A stretch of 64,000 nucleotides of DNA from positions 99,666,730 through 99,730,729 of the forward strand of contig NC_057718.1 of assembly GCF_004010195.1 (NCBI RefSeq), in the 5' to 3' direction. The notes below the pieces were generated by a model. The model did no database searches and was not told the origin of the DNA. It saw only the letters and a list, made by a program, of their open reading frames with translations. The stretch comes from Chiloscyllium plagiosum. Lineage: Eukaryota. The translations under genes were made by a program, and so were the position numbers. Shown here one piece after another: positions 1 through 11,755 of this stretch (position 1 is the first letter of the stretch; every line of letters starts with the position of its first letter).

Positions 1-1079
1 AGCCCCCCCTCCCTATCCATCTAGCGACAGTGAAACCAAGAGGCTCCTTCAAAAACTCTCTTCCCTGGGAGCATCAGGATCAGGTCTGAACGCTCTCCCC
101 CACTTCAACCTGCCCCCAACCCGCCCTGACGTACACAAACCTCTTTACTTTTCCTTTTGTCCCTAAACCTGTTTCATGAGGCCAAATAACCTCAGTAAAA
201 CCCAATAAGAAAATAATCAGCACATGGTGAATTTGAAGAGAAGAAAAAGCCTGTTCAAAGTGAGAAAATGCTCATTCTGAGACCCTTCAATGCATTGTAA
301 CCATCTGGTGTGCTGTAATAACAATGAATAGGATAATTGAGTCCCAAATAACTTTCTTTCTTGGGACAAATAATAGTGTTCACCCTAATTTGTATTCTTC
401 ACAGTAGTCTTGCCCCATCATTTCACACCACATCTGCCCCATTTAATCAATATTAAGCAGCAGATGACTTTACTGCACTTAATTAAGTCAATATAATTCT
501 CTCAAACGAGCAGAAAGTTGTGACTAAGACCCAATGAAAGGAACTGCAAATGACTCTATTTTGTACTGTCAATGGAGATTGATGACAATCTCATGCCATG
601 GAGGTATGGTCAATCAGACTGCTGTGAAAGGATCTCGCCTGCTTCCTAACAGCCGGGTGGAAGCTAGTGAAACGCCTACTTTCACCCTACTGTGTTCTTT
701 CCAGTCTCTGAGGCCACCTCAAAAGCATAATCCTGCTTTTCAGAAGTGTTACATATCACGCGGTTTGCTTTCTATGAGGGCCGGACACCTCACATTATGA
801 AAGGGGAAGAAAGGAGTGAATACGGGTCCTGCCCTTTGTCCAGATCCAGATGAGATCCGACTCCTCATGTAAACATGTTCACAAGAAGGCATAAAGGTAA
901 ATATGCCAAGCTGTTAAAATGGCAAAAGATTAAAATATTGAATACATCACTTCATTTTTGTTAAACGATATACCCTTTGCAAAGTTCTTAAGTGTTACGA
1001 GTTATTTTAATTTTAATTTGATTGCATTGCTGTAAAACAAATAACTGCAGGCAACAACTGAGTGACACAACGTCAGGGA

Positions 1080-1172
1080 CAACAACCACCTGGTGAAAGA
1101 GCAGTGCCCCGAAAGCTAGTGCTTCCAAATAAACCTGTTGGACTATAACCTGGTGTTGTGTGATTTTTAACT
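1080..1172 (+). mobile_element. Penelope-like family A terminal fragment
   Basis: Degenerate hammerhead followed by GCTAGTGCTTCCAAATAAACCTGTTGGACTATAACCTGGTGTTGTGTGATTTTTAAC. Confidence 0.7.
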
Positions 1173-1473
1173 GGGGCAACTTAAGCAATGATAACGCACA
1201 GACGGGGAGCAGCACTCATTGCCTAGTGGGTAGTGTCCCTACCTCTGGGCTTGAAACTCCACGTTCATGTCCCACACCATGACGGTTAAGGAAGGTGCAT
1301 TTGTAATGAACCATAGCAAGTTGGGGAGCAACTTGTAAACTCTTTGAACACATGACATTCCAGGTGGTAAGAGTGGGAGAGGTTCCTGGTTAGTGATGGA
1401 ATGCGATCACCACTTGATAGCAAGAATGATTCAGAGGAGCCGGTGTGGGACTGGGATGGACTAAAATCTTTCA

Positions 1474-1552
1474 TCAGGAGCGGCGCTCCAAAAGCCAGTG
1501 CTTCCAAATAAATGTGTTGGACTATAACCTGGTGTTGTGTGATTTTTAACCT
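1474..1552 (+). mobile_element. Penelope-like family A terminal fragment
   Basis: Same terminal sequence as 1080-1172. Confidence 0.7.
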
Positions 1553-1595
1553 GATAGTAAGAAGTTTTTCATCACTATCCATAGTGCCACGCTAT

Positions 1596-1965
1596 GACCT
1601 TATAGAGGATTATACAATCAGGAGGGGTATAGATAAGGGGAATGGCAGCTGTCTTTTCCCTAGGGTGGTGGGATTCCAAGATTAGGGGGAAAATTTCTAA
1701 CATGAGAGGAGAAAGATTAAAAATACACAAGGGACAACCTTTTTACACAGAGGGTTGTTGATGTGTGAAATGAACTTCCAGAGGGAGTGGTGGACGTGGG
1801 TACATTACAACATTTAAAAGACATTTAGATAAGTACATGAATAGGAAAGGTTTGGAGGGATATGAACCAAAAACAGGCAGGTGGGATTATTTAGTCTGGG
1901 ATTATGGATGGCATGGACTGGTGGGACAAAGGGTCTGTTTCCGAGTCGTACGTCTCTATGACTTA
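1596..1965 (+). mobile_element. CR1/HER1-type LINE 3' fragment
   Basis: ORF2 end (MNRKGLEGY) plus 3' UTR. Confidence 0.85.
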
Positions 1966-1984
1966 AAACTCCGGTGTCAAGACT

Positions 1985-2295
1985 GCATAGAATCCCAAAG
2001 GTGTGAATCCCTTTGGCCCAGCCAGTTCACACCGACCCTCTGAAGAACATCCCACCCAGATCCATCTCATCCCTACATTTCCAGTGGCTAACCCACCTCT
2101 CCTGCACCATATGGGTAATTTAGCACAGCCAATCCTGCACACCTTTAGACTGTGGAAGGAAACCGGAGCACCCATGGGAAACCCATGCAGATGCGGGGAG
2201 AATGTGCAAACTCTACACTGACAGTCACCTGAGGTTGGAATTGAACCCGGGTCCCTGGCGCTGTGAGGCAGCGGTGCTAACCACTGAGCCACCCT
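1985..2295 (-). mobile_element. HE1-type tRNA-derived V-SINE
   Basis: A box TGGCTCAGTGG, B box GGTTCAATTCC and central GAGTTTGCACATTCTCCCC. Confidence 0.85.
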
Positions 2296-3389
2296 GCCAA
2301 GCCGACTTGCTGGCGGTGGGAGGTGCTTTCATAATGTGGCCAAACAGATTGGTAAACAGCGACCGTTCCTGATGACAGCAGGTAACAGCATGAGTCTTTC
2401 CTGGTCAGCCACCGCTCAGAAGGCACTAGCAAGGTGCTGCATTGCTTTGACGACTCGATTGGGCATCCATGGCTCAACTCTCGAACACGGCTTTGGAAAA
2501 TACGCAGTGAAATCAGTCACCCTGCCGTGTAAGTCCAGGGTCTGCGTCTCTCTCTCTCTCTCAAGGCATTGCTATAAGAAGATACTGTAGTTCTCCAAAC
2601 TGAGTTGCAGATTTGTCACACCATTTCTTACCTACCTGAAAACCAAAGTGCAAAACGAGTGGCCAATTCCCTATTACTCATGGTCTGCTCAGCGTCTGTA
2701 GGCAAGATTACTCCCACCTTTACACAAACAGCAAACTAACCATCTGGTAAATCAATGGACTTTCAGAGCCGTCTAATTTGTCGTTGGCTGCGCTTTTGCA
2801 GAGCACTGGTTAGATTTTCCCATTATTCTGCACTCTGGTTCCTGCAGAGCTAATTAATTACTGAGGGCCAGTGAAAGCATTCACAGGGCACTTTCCGTCT
2901 TGTCAGGTTCCATCATACTCTGAGTGTGTTGCTCATTTACATGGCTCAGCGCTGACAAATTGTAGCATTTGAAGCTGCAAATCTGCTGTACTGTGAGCCA
3001 TTTGCACGGCCTGACTTTGTTCTGAAAGAGCTGACGATGAGCTTCTACATAATGCTCCTTTTCACGGCCCGTGGAGTCTGAGCGGCGATGAATATCAACA
3101 CGAGCGGCGATGAATATCCCAGAAGGTGTTAGGTTGGTAACGAGGGCAACACTTTTTGTTGGAATCCCTTCCTACACTTCGGGAAACTTCAGTTTGGAAG
3201 CATGCTCAGTAAGAACTGAAGTAAGTTGCTTGCAGCTTTGTCCTGAGCTTTTAAAGATAAGCATTAGTGTCTTAAATGTGCAATTGGGACTGATATTTCA
3301 ATGCTGCACCGAGAGAGTGCTATACTGTCAGAGGCACTGTTCTTCAGAGGCTCTGTCTATTTGCTAGTTCATCTGGAAGATGGTTTTCT

Positions 3390-3720
3390 TTAGATTGCTT
3401 TACTTTAGATTACTTTACTTTACAGTGTGGAAACAGGCCCTTCGGCCCAACAAGTCCACACCGACCCGCCGAAGCGCAGCCCACCCAGACCCCTACATTA
3501 ACCCCCTACCTAACACTACGGACAATTTAGCATGGCCAATTCACCTGACCTGCACATCTTTGGACTGTGGGAGGAAACTAGAGCACCCGGAGGAAACCCA
3601 CGCAGACACGGGGAGAATGTGCAAACTCCACACAGTCAGTCACCTGAGGCAGGAATTGAACCCAGGTCTCTGGTGCTGTGAGGCAGCAGTGCAGTGCTAA
3701 CCACTGTGCCACCATGCCGC
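3390..3720 (-). mobile_element. HE1-type SINE (young subfamily)
   Basis: Full head, core and tail with a repeated AGTAA/TAATC end. Confidence 0.9.
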
Positions 3721-3944
3721 CCACTGGGGTTTTCCTGGAGTCATTGACGATGTTCTTCTCCTAATTAATATACAAACAATATTGCCAGGAAGTCATCTTG
3801 TTTTTTTCTTTGATCGTCCTGTTGACCACAGACTAACCGTCTCCATGGCCTATATCATTACAATCGTCAGGACAAATTCACACCCCACACTTTTAGACGT
3901 GGAAACTGAGTAAAGTGCTTTGGAACCACAAGTCTCTCAGAAAC

Positions 3945-4548
3945 ATGGAGTCACAGAGATGTACAGCACGGAAACAGATCCTTCAGTCCAAACCATCCAT
4001 GCCAACTAGATGTCCCAAATTAATCTTGTCCCATTTACCAACACTTGGCCCATATCCTTCGAAACCCTTCCTATTCATATACCCATCCAGGTGTTGTAAT
4101 TGTACCAGCCTCCACCACTTCCTCTAGCAGCTCATTCCATGCACACACCACCCTCTGCGTATAAAGGTTGTCCCTTAGGTCCCTTTTAAATCTTTCCCCT
4201 ATCACTCTAAATTGATGCCCTCTAGTTTTGGACATCCCTACCCTGGAGAAAAGACCTTGTCTAATTCCCTACCTATGCCTTTTAAATCTCATAATTTTGT
4301 AAACCTCTATAAGGTCACCCCTCAGCCTCCAACGCTCCAGGGAAAACAACCCCAGCCTATTCAGCATCTCCCTCTAGTTCAAACCCTCCAACCCTGGCAA
4401 TATCCTTGTAAATCTTTTCTGAACCCTTGCAAGTTTCACAACATCCACCCCATAGCAGGAGACCAGAATTGAACACAGTATCCTAAAAATGGCCTAAACA
4501 ATGTCCTGTACGACCACAACATGGACTCCCAACTCCTACATTCAATGC
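3945..4548 (-). mobile_element. CR1/HER1-type LINE 3' fragment
   Basis: Antisense ORF2 C-terminus and tail. Confidence 0.88.
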
Positions 4549-4974
4549 ACGGACCAGTGAAATGTGTCAAGAATTATATGCATCGAGAGCTCCCCGATCA
4601 GCCTCACCAACATCTCTCTCAGCTAGGGTCAGGGATCGAAACCATGGAGACTGCAGGGCTGTTCTGGCCTGGATCTCTGACCTGTGACACAAGCCCAAGG
4701 GCTCCAACCTGAGCACTTTGGACTTCCCAGAGCTTCGGGCCCTGCTTTTGACCAGTCCACCGCCTCTGAAGTTAGAAGCCATTGATTTTGTTCACAAACG
4801 CTGTTCTTCTGCTACCGATTCCATCTATCTCCCTAGCCATTGTCTGTCAACTGCCCAAAGACGGCTTAGTCTTCGATCAGTAATCTCAGCAATGCATTTG
4901 TCCCATATCTGCTCTATCACCCAAGAGTATCTGTGGTTTCCCCAAGCTGCTTGTGTCCTCTGTGTCTGAACCTT

Positions 4975-5172
4975 TCATAGAATCATAGAATCAGTAGTAA
5001 CAGGCCATTTGGCCCGACAAGTCCACACCGACCCTCTGGAGTGTAACCCAGCCAGACCCATTCCCCATACCGTACTCCTCGACATATACCCCTGACTGAT
5101 GCACCTAACCAATGCATCCCTGTACACTGTGGGCAGATTAACATGGCCAACCCATCAAGCCTGCACATCTTT
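4975..5172 (-). mobile_element. HE1-type SINE, 3' half
   Basis: GATGTGCAGG ... GGACTTGTCGGGCCAAATGGCCTG on the minus strand. Confidence 0.75.
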
Positions 5173-5183
5173 AGATGGTGGGA

Positions 5184-5600
5184 GGATTTGAATAAAGAAG
5201 GTATCGTTAATAAGTTTGCAGATGACATCAAAATTTGTGGTGTAGTGGACAGTGACGAAGGTTACCTCAGTTACAATGGGATCTTAATCAGATGGGCCAA
5301 TGGGCTGAGGAGTGACAGATGAAGTTTAATTTAGAATTTGCATTTTGGAAAAGCAGTTCAGAGCAGGACTTATACACTTAATGGTAAGTTGCTGAAGAAA
5401 GAGACCTTGGAGTGCAGGTTCATAGTTCCTTGAAAGTGAAGTTGCAATTAAACAGCATAGTGAAGAAGGCATTTGGTATGCTTGACGAAAAGCAATGGAC
5501 CCAGTACCGAACCTTGTGGCACACCGTTAATCACAGGCCTCCAGTCTGAAAAACAACCCTCCAACACCACCCTCTGTATTTTACCTTTAAGCCATTTTGT
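5184..5600. mobile_element. CR1 RT fragment with an internal inversion
   Basis: 5184-5485 (+) encodes KFADD; 5486-5600 (-) encodes [30 protein letters not shown]. Confidence 0.8.
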
Positions 5601-7089
5601 GGTGCTGGTTTTTCTTAATCTGTACATTTCTTTTAGTCAGTACTGGGCTAATAATTGGTTAGAGAGTATATGAAGTTACCTGAAGTGGATATATGGGGTT
5701 CACAAGAAATACAGTTAGTTCCCTAACTACACACAGGTGAAGGAATCCTTAAGGATACCAATCGATAGTATACCGATACCAATCGATAGTATACCGATAG
5801 TACACAATCATATTGATTGGAATACCATTTCATCAGAATTTAAATCAAGAGAAAAAGAACAGCGTTACTATTATAAAGAAATAAGAATCTACTTGGGAAT
5901 GAAAGTAAACTAGCATTGAAATACTTCAGAATTAGAAAAGCCTTAATGTAATATAAATGAATAGCCACATTAAAAAGTCTGGCAGATTTAATTTCAGCAA
6001 TGGGCAAAATAGAATGTCAGGTGGACATCTTGGAGAAGACAGCGCTTAAACTGTAGACTTGCTTCCATGCTACACACTAAATCACAAGCTGAACAAGCAA
6101 ATGCACTATTGTAATCAATACAGCTGACAGCTAACGGTGTTATAGCTTGTCAAAATATAAAAGAGGACAAAAATGCTTTTGATAAAGTTCACTCAAATAA
6201 TAATGCAACTCTGCCTTAAATAAAATTTTCCAGCAGAGAACCCGCTCACTCACACCCTGAATGACTACTCAGACGTTGTGGTAAATCATGGTAGTTGAGG
6301 AGAAATTGACTCAAAATTAAATCAACATTTCATGTGACCATTCAATTGAGCAAAAAGTACATTTACATTGAGGTAAATAAGTTAAAAATTACTATAATTG
6401 GCCTACCATAAATTTCATGGCATTTGAGGTGTATAATTTTTATTAATTTATCGAGAACGCTGGTTCATAAGGTACTGCTTAAAACAAAGTTTGTTGTATA
6501 AGTTTTTGACAATTGCTTTAATTTGCGAATAGTTAAATTATTTGAAAGAAGAGGTTAGGTGGATTGACTGTGGTAAATATGGGGTTACAGGGATGGGGTG
6601 GGGATCTGGCTGTGATGTTGTTCAGCATTGGCTAAGTTGAAGAATTCTACGGTTCTGTAAACTCAAGGCCAAATGCAGCAACATGATAGGGAAAGATATT
6701 AATTTGTTACGTCGCTACACACTCAGGATGTATTCATAACCCTTACTAAAAGAAGTCCTGGAGCAACTTGAGAAAATCACCAAAATGAGCATCACTTCCC
6801 TGGGGCCAAATGGTGTTGGAGTGAGGTTATGGTATCCAAACCGATTGGCTCCATCCGAGTCTGTGTTGACCTAATGTACCTCAATGAGGCGGGAGTGAGG
6901 GAAATCCACCCTGCTACTACAATCAGCCAGAGTTTTAACAAATTGTCTAATAAGCTTTTCAATAAACTCTACCAGTGATGCCAACTGTGGGTCCTGGCAA
7001 ATGTCATTGAATGAGCAATCAGGACTCCTTACTACATTTATGACTCTGTCTGAGAGACTGTGTTCAATCAGACTGACGTTCCAGATTTA

Positions 7090-7275
7090 CAGGCGGGTAC
7101 AGGCAGTAGTGGATGCAGGTACAGTTAATCATTTAGAAGACATCTGGATAGGTACATGGATGGGAATGGTTTAGAGGGATATGGACCTGACACAGGTAAA
7201 TGGGACTGGTTCAGTTTACGAAAGCTGGTCGGCATGAATGAGTTGGGCTGAAGGGCCTGATTCTGGGTTGTGTGA
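7090..7275 (+). mobile_element. CR1 3' end inserted in Gypsy RT
   Basis: CR1 ORF2 end and tail between two collinear Gypsy RT segments. Confidence 0.75.
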
Positions 7276-7503
7276 CCTCAGCACAGAGATTTTTCAGTGG
7301 TCTATGCTGTGTATTATATAAGGATTAGAAGCTGTCATATGTTACATAGATGACATATTGATTCATGGGGAGTCAACCAAGGGACTTGACAATAGAGTCC
7401 ATGTAGTTTCTAAGATGACTCCAGGTCAAAGGTTCATTATCAATGGCAAGTCTGAATTTTCCAAGGATCTATTTGCTTCTTGGTACACATGGATGGAATA
7501 ATG

Positions 7504-7725
7504 AGATGGAAATGTGTTGCTGGAAAAGCGCAGCAGGTCAGGCAGCATCTAGGGAACAGGAGAATCGACGTTTCGGGCGTTAGCCCTTCTTCAGCCCTCC
7601 TGAAGAAGGGCTAATGCCCGAAACGTCGATTCTCCTATTCCCTAGATGCTGCCTGACCTGCTGCGCTTTTCCAGCAACACATTTCCATCTCTGATCTCCA
7701 GCATCTGCAGACCTCACTTTCACCT
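7504..7725 (+). mobile_element. Penelope-like family B inverted-repeat insertion
   Basis: Near-perfect inverted arms and a 35-nt tail. 16-bp TSD CATGGATGGAATAATG at 7488-7503 and 7726-7741. Confidence 0.85.
7598..7629 (+). ncRNA. Minimal hammerhead ribozyme motif, family B (mirror copy on the minus strand at 7565-7594)
   Basis: TC-CTGAAGA-A-GGGC taat GCCC-GAAA-CGTC-GA, with an ACGT palindrome and a GUC triplet. Confidence 0.72.
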
Positions 7726-7906
7726 CATGGATGGAATAATGCCAGACTCACGGAAAGCAAAGGCTGTTCAGGAATTTCCAATTCTGAAACTGGTGTACAG
7801 CCTACAAAGATTCAGTCGTTTTCCCTCACTTAGCGACAGAGACTGAACCTGTGAAGTAACTGCTGAAGAAGATGTGAGAGTGGTGCGAGAAAATGCACTG
7901 AACATC

Positions 7907-8843
7907 GATGAGGCCACTTTTGGAAAGTTGTGCTCAATTCTACTCTCCCTGCTGTTGGAATGATGTTGTGAAACTTGAAAGGATTCAGAAAAGATTGACA
8001 GGGATGTTGCCAGGATTGGAGGATTTAAGCCATAGGGAGAGGCTGAATAGGCTGGGGCTGTTTTCCCTGGAGCACAGGAGGCTGAGGGGTGATTTTATAG
8101 AGGTTTATAAAATCAAGAGGGGCATGGATCGGGTAAATAGGCGAGGTCTTTTCTCTGGGATGGGGGAGTCCAGAACTAGAAGGAATAAGTTTACAGTGAG
8201 AGGGGAAAGATTAAAAGGGACCTGAGGGGCAACTCTTTCACGCAGATGGTGGTATGTGTGTGGAATGAGCTGCCAGAGGAAGTGGTGGAGGCTGGTACAC
8301 TGACAACATTGAGTGTCATAGAGATGTATAGCATGGAAACAGACTCTTCCAGTCCATGCAGACCCTGATATCCCAACCTAATCTAGTCCCACCTGCCAGC
8401 ACTTGGCCCATATCCTTCCAAACCCTGCTGATTCATAGACCCATCCAGATGCCTTTTAAATGTTGCAATTGTACCTGGATGGGTATGTGAATAGGAAGGG
8501 TTTAGAGGAATATGGAGCAAGTTGGCAAATGGCAGTACAGGGCGACCCCAGTATTCACAGAATCGTTTTCTGTGGTTTCAGTTGCCCGCGGTTTACTGTG
8601 GCCCCAACATATTATAGGGTACCTTCCGGAACCAGGGACCAGGGGGCTGCTGGGAAGGTATGTTTTCCATTTAATTAAATGGGTTCACACCCATCCACGG
8701 TTTCAGGCTCCACGGTGGGTCATGGAACATATCCCCCACGGGTACGGGGGGTACCTACTGCTGGATGAATTTAGGATATCTGGTCGGCATGGACAAGTTG
8801 GACTGAACAGTCTGTTTCCATGCTATCCATCTCTATAACTCTA
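7907..8843 (+). mobile_element. CR1 3' fragment containing an antisense CR1 tail (about 8310-8470) and a MITE
   Basis: RPLLESCAQFYSP..LERIQKR..RRLRGD. Confidence 0.88.
8533..8760. mobile_element. Tigger/pogo-type MITE resembling MER44/Tigger7
   Basis: CAGTA...TACTG ends. Internal GGTTTCAGTTGCCCGCGG and GGTTTCAGGCTCCAC..GGAACATATCCCCCACGGGTACGGGGGG resemble MER44 ends as I recall them. It interrupts a CR1 3' end. Confidence 0.6.
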
Positions 8844-9807
8844 TTAGAAGGATACTTTCCAAAAGCTTAAGGGTATTTAAATTCCACAGATGTCCTGGCC
8901 CACTACAATCATTCAAACTCGGAAACTATCCCACAGTTAGGCTCGTTTCCCAGCTTCTCATCTACAATTAGGAAATGTGGTTGATGGTTTCTACATTCTC
9001 CATCCTTTCTAACTGTCACAGCAGTGGACTGTTCAGCTACAGAAATGGCAGCAGTTAGATGGGGATCAGAAGCTGGTGTATAATTCTTGCAGCTCCCTGT
9101 CACACAGGAAGACACACTACATCATTGTGGAGAAGCAGGATCTCTTGGTTATCTGGACTGGTAACAGATTTTCTGACTACATACTTGGCCTGAAGGCATT
9201 CATAGAGCCAGCCCACAAAGCAATGGACTCCCTGTTTATTAAGCAGCTTATAAACAGGCCCTTCAGCCCACCATTTGATACCGACCTACAAACACCAAAT
9301 TGTATTGCTCTCATGTGCCTATAGTTGTTCCATGGTCTACTATGCCCTGGTATTTTGGATGGCAATGAGTTGTCAAGGATGACAGAGATTCCAAATCCAT
9401 CTGATGAGGTTTCCCTCAGAGATGAAATATTCGCGGAGGAAGCTACAGACAACGCCAGATGTGTTTTTCCAAGTGATGGTACAACACACATCGAAGAACA
9501 TGGTTGTGAGAATGAGTCTCACACTGAGGTCTCATCAATATCCATAAAGGGGAGACAGGCCCAAGCAAAGATGTCAGGAACAGGGGAAGGGCTGAGAATG
9601 TGGGAATGTGTCACCATTCACCAATACTGTGACAACATTTGGCCAGATCAAAAAGTGCAGTAGGGTTCCCAAGGAAACCATCGACCACATTTCCTAGTTG
9701 CAGATGGCGTCCTGGGGTTTGATGAAAGGTTGATCATTCAGCTTCACTGTGGGATAGTACACTGGACAGGATATGCCAGAGGAATGTCTTTGGGCCCCTT
9801 ATCTATG

Positions 9808-11158
9808 GAAACATTCCCAGGACAGGGACAACACAGGGTTAGATACAGAGTAAAGCTCTCTCTACACTGTGGCGGAAGTGGGTACTGCGAATACTAGAGA
9901 TTAGAGTCAAGATTAGTGTGGTGCTGGAAAAGCACAGCAGGTCAGGCAGCACCGAGGAGCAGGAAAATCGATGTTTCAGGCAAAAGCCCTCCATCAGGGG
10001 CTCCCTCTAAACTGTCCCTATCAAACATTCTCAGCATAGGGACAGCAGAGGATTAGATACAGAGTAAAGCTCCTTCATCACTAACCCCATCAAATATTTC
10101 CAGGTTAAGGACAGCACGTGGTTAGATACAGAGTAAAGCTTCCTCCACACTGCCACCCATCAAACATTCTCAGCACAGGGTTAGATACAGAATAAAGCTT
10201 CCTCTACAGTATGGCCATCAAACATTCCCAGGATAGGCACAACATGGGTTTATATACAGACTAAAGCTCTCTCTACACCATCTCCATCAAACATTCCAAG
10301 GACAGTGACAGCACGGGGTTAGATATAGAGTAAAGCTCTCTCTATACCATCCCCATCAAACACTCCAAGAACAGGGCAGTGTGGGGTTAGATACTGAATA
10401 AAGCTCCCTCTATACTGTCCCCATCAAAAACTCCTAGGATAGGCACAGCATGGGGTTAGATACAGAGTAAAGCTCCCTCCAAACTGTCCCCTATCAAACA
10501 CTCTCAGCACAGGAACAGCACGGGGTTAGATACAGAGTAAATCTCCCTCTACACTGTCCCCCCATCAAACATTACCAGGATGAGGACAGCATGGGGTTGG
10601 ATACAGAATAACGCTCTCTCTCCACTGTCCCCATCAAACACTTCAAGGACAGGACAGCGTGGGGTTAGATACAGAATAACACTCTCTCTCCACTGTCCCC
10701 ATCAAACACTTCAAGGACAGGGCAGCGTGGGGTTAGATACAGAATAAGTCTCCCTCTACACTTCCCCCCATCAAATATCTCAGCACAGGGACAGCACAGG
10801 GTTAGATACAGAGTAAATCTCCCTCTACATTGTCCCCATCGAACATTACCAGGTCAGGGCAGCACAGAGTTGGATCAGGAGTAATTCTCCCTCTACACTG
10901 TCCCCATCGAACATTACCAGGTCAGGGACAGCACAGAATTAGATACAGAGTAAATCTTCCTCTACACTGTCCCCCATCAAACATTACCAGGACAGGGACA
11001 GCACGGGGTTAGATACAGCGTAAACCTCCACCTACACTATCCCCCATCGAACATTACCAGGACAGGGACAGCATGGGGTTAGATACAGAGTAAATCTCCC
11101 TCTGCACTGTCCCCCTATCAACCATTCTCAGCACAGGGTTGGATTCAGAGTAAATCTG
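9808..11158. repeat. Tandem satellite, unit about 69 bp, roughly 18 copies
   Basis: Unit GGGTTAGATACAGAGTAAAGCTCCCTCTACACTGTCCCCATCAAACATTCCCAGGACAGGGACAGCACG recurs every 68-70 bp. Confidence 0.95.
9871..10000 (-). mobile_element. Penelope-like family B-related insertion inside the satellite
   Basis: GTGCTGGAAAAGCACAGCAGGTCAGGCAGC body ending at a decayed antisense hammerhead; it interrupts one satellite unit. Confidence 0.7.
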
Positions 11159-11339
11159 CCTGTGTGAAACCTACCCTATTCATAGACCTGGGCAGCTTCA
11201 GGCTGTGGGAATAGTGGGAATGGATCTATCCATGTTTGATGGAGCACTTTTACCTTATTGCTGTTGAATAGTTTTCTCAGTGAGGGATAAAGATGAGAAA
11301 AGTTATTTATCAGTAAGCACAGTCACGACTGTCAATAGG

Positions 11340-11755
11340 GAATTTGCACATTCTCCCTGTGTCTATGTGGGTTTTCTCTGGTTGCTCTGGTTTCCTCCCA
11401 CAGTCCAACAATGTGCAGGTTAGGGTGGATTGGCCACGAGAAATTGCCCATAGTGTCCAGGGATTTGCAGGTTAGGGTGGACTGGCAATGGGAAATTGCT
11501 CAAAGTGTCCAGGGATGTGCAGGTTAAAGTGGACTGGCAATGGGAAATTGCCCACAGTGTCCAGGCATATATAGGTTAGGATGGATTGGCCATGGGAAAT
11601 TGCACTGTAGTGTCCAGGGATGTGCAGGTTTGGTGGATTAGCCACGGGGAAATGCAGGGTTACAGGGTTAGGGTGAGTCTGAGTGGGGTGCTCTTTGGAG
11701 TGTCAGTGTGGACTTGTTGGACCGAATGGCCTGTTCCCACATTGTGGGGATTCAA
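11340..11755 (+). mobile_element. HE1-type SINE with an internal ~52-bp tandem amplification
   Basis: GATGTGCAGGTTAGGGTGGATTGGCCATGGGAAATTGCCCATAGTGTCCAGG repeated 4-5 times. Confidence 0.85.

Noticed and set aside
5754..5800. Short tandem duplications (21 bp here; 17 bp at about 3080-3118; about 22 bp near 61782)
   Set aside because: Two-copy slippage products with no further structure.
9808..11158. CRISPR-like appearance of the 69-bp and 21-bp arrays
   Set aside because: There are no unique spacers and no cas genes, and the context is vertebrate; these are simple tandem repeats.
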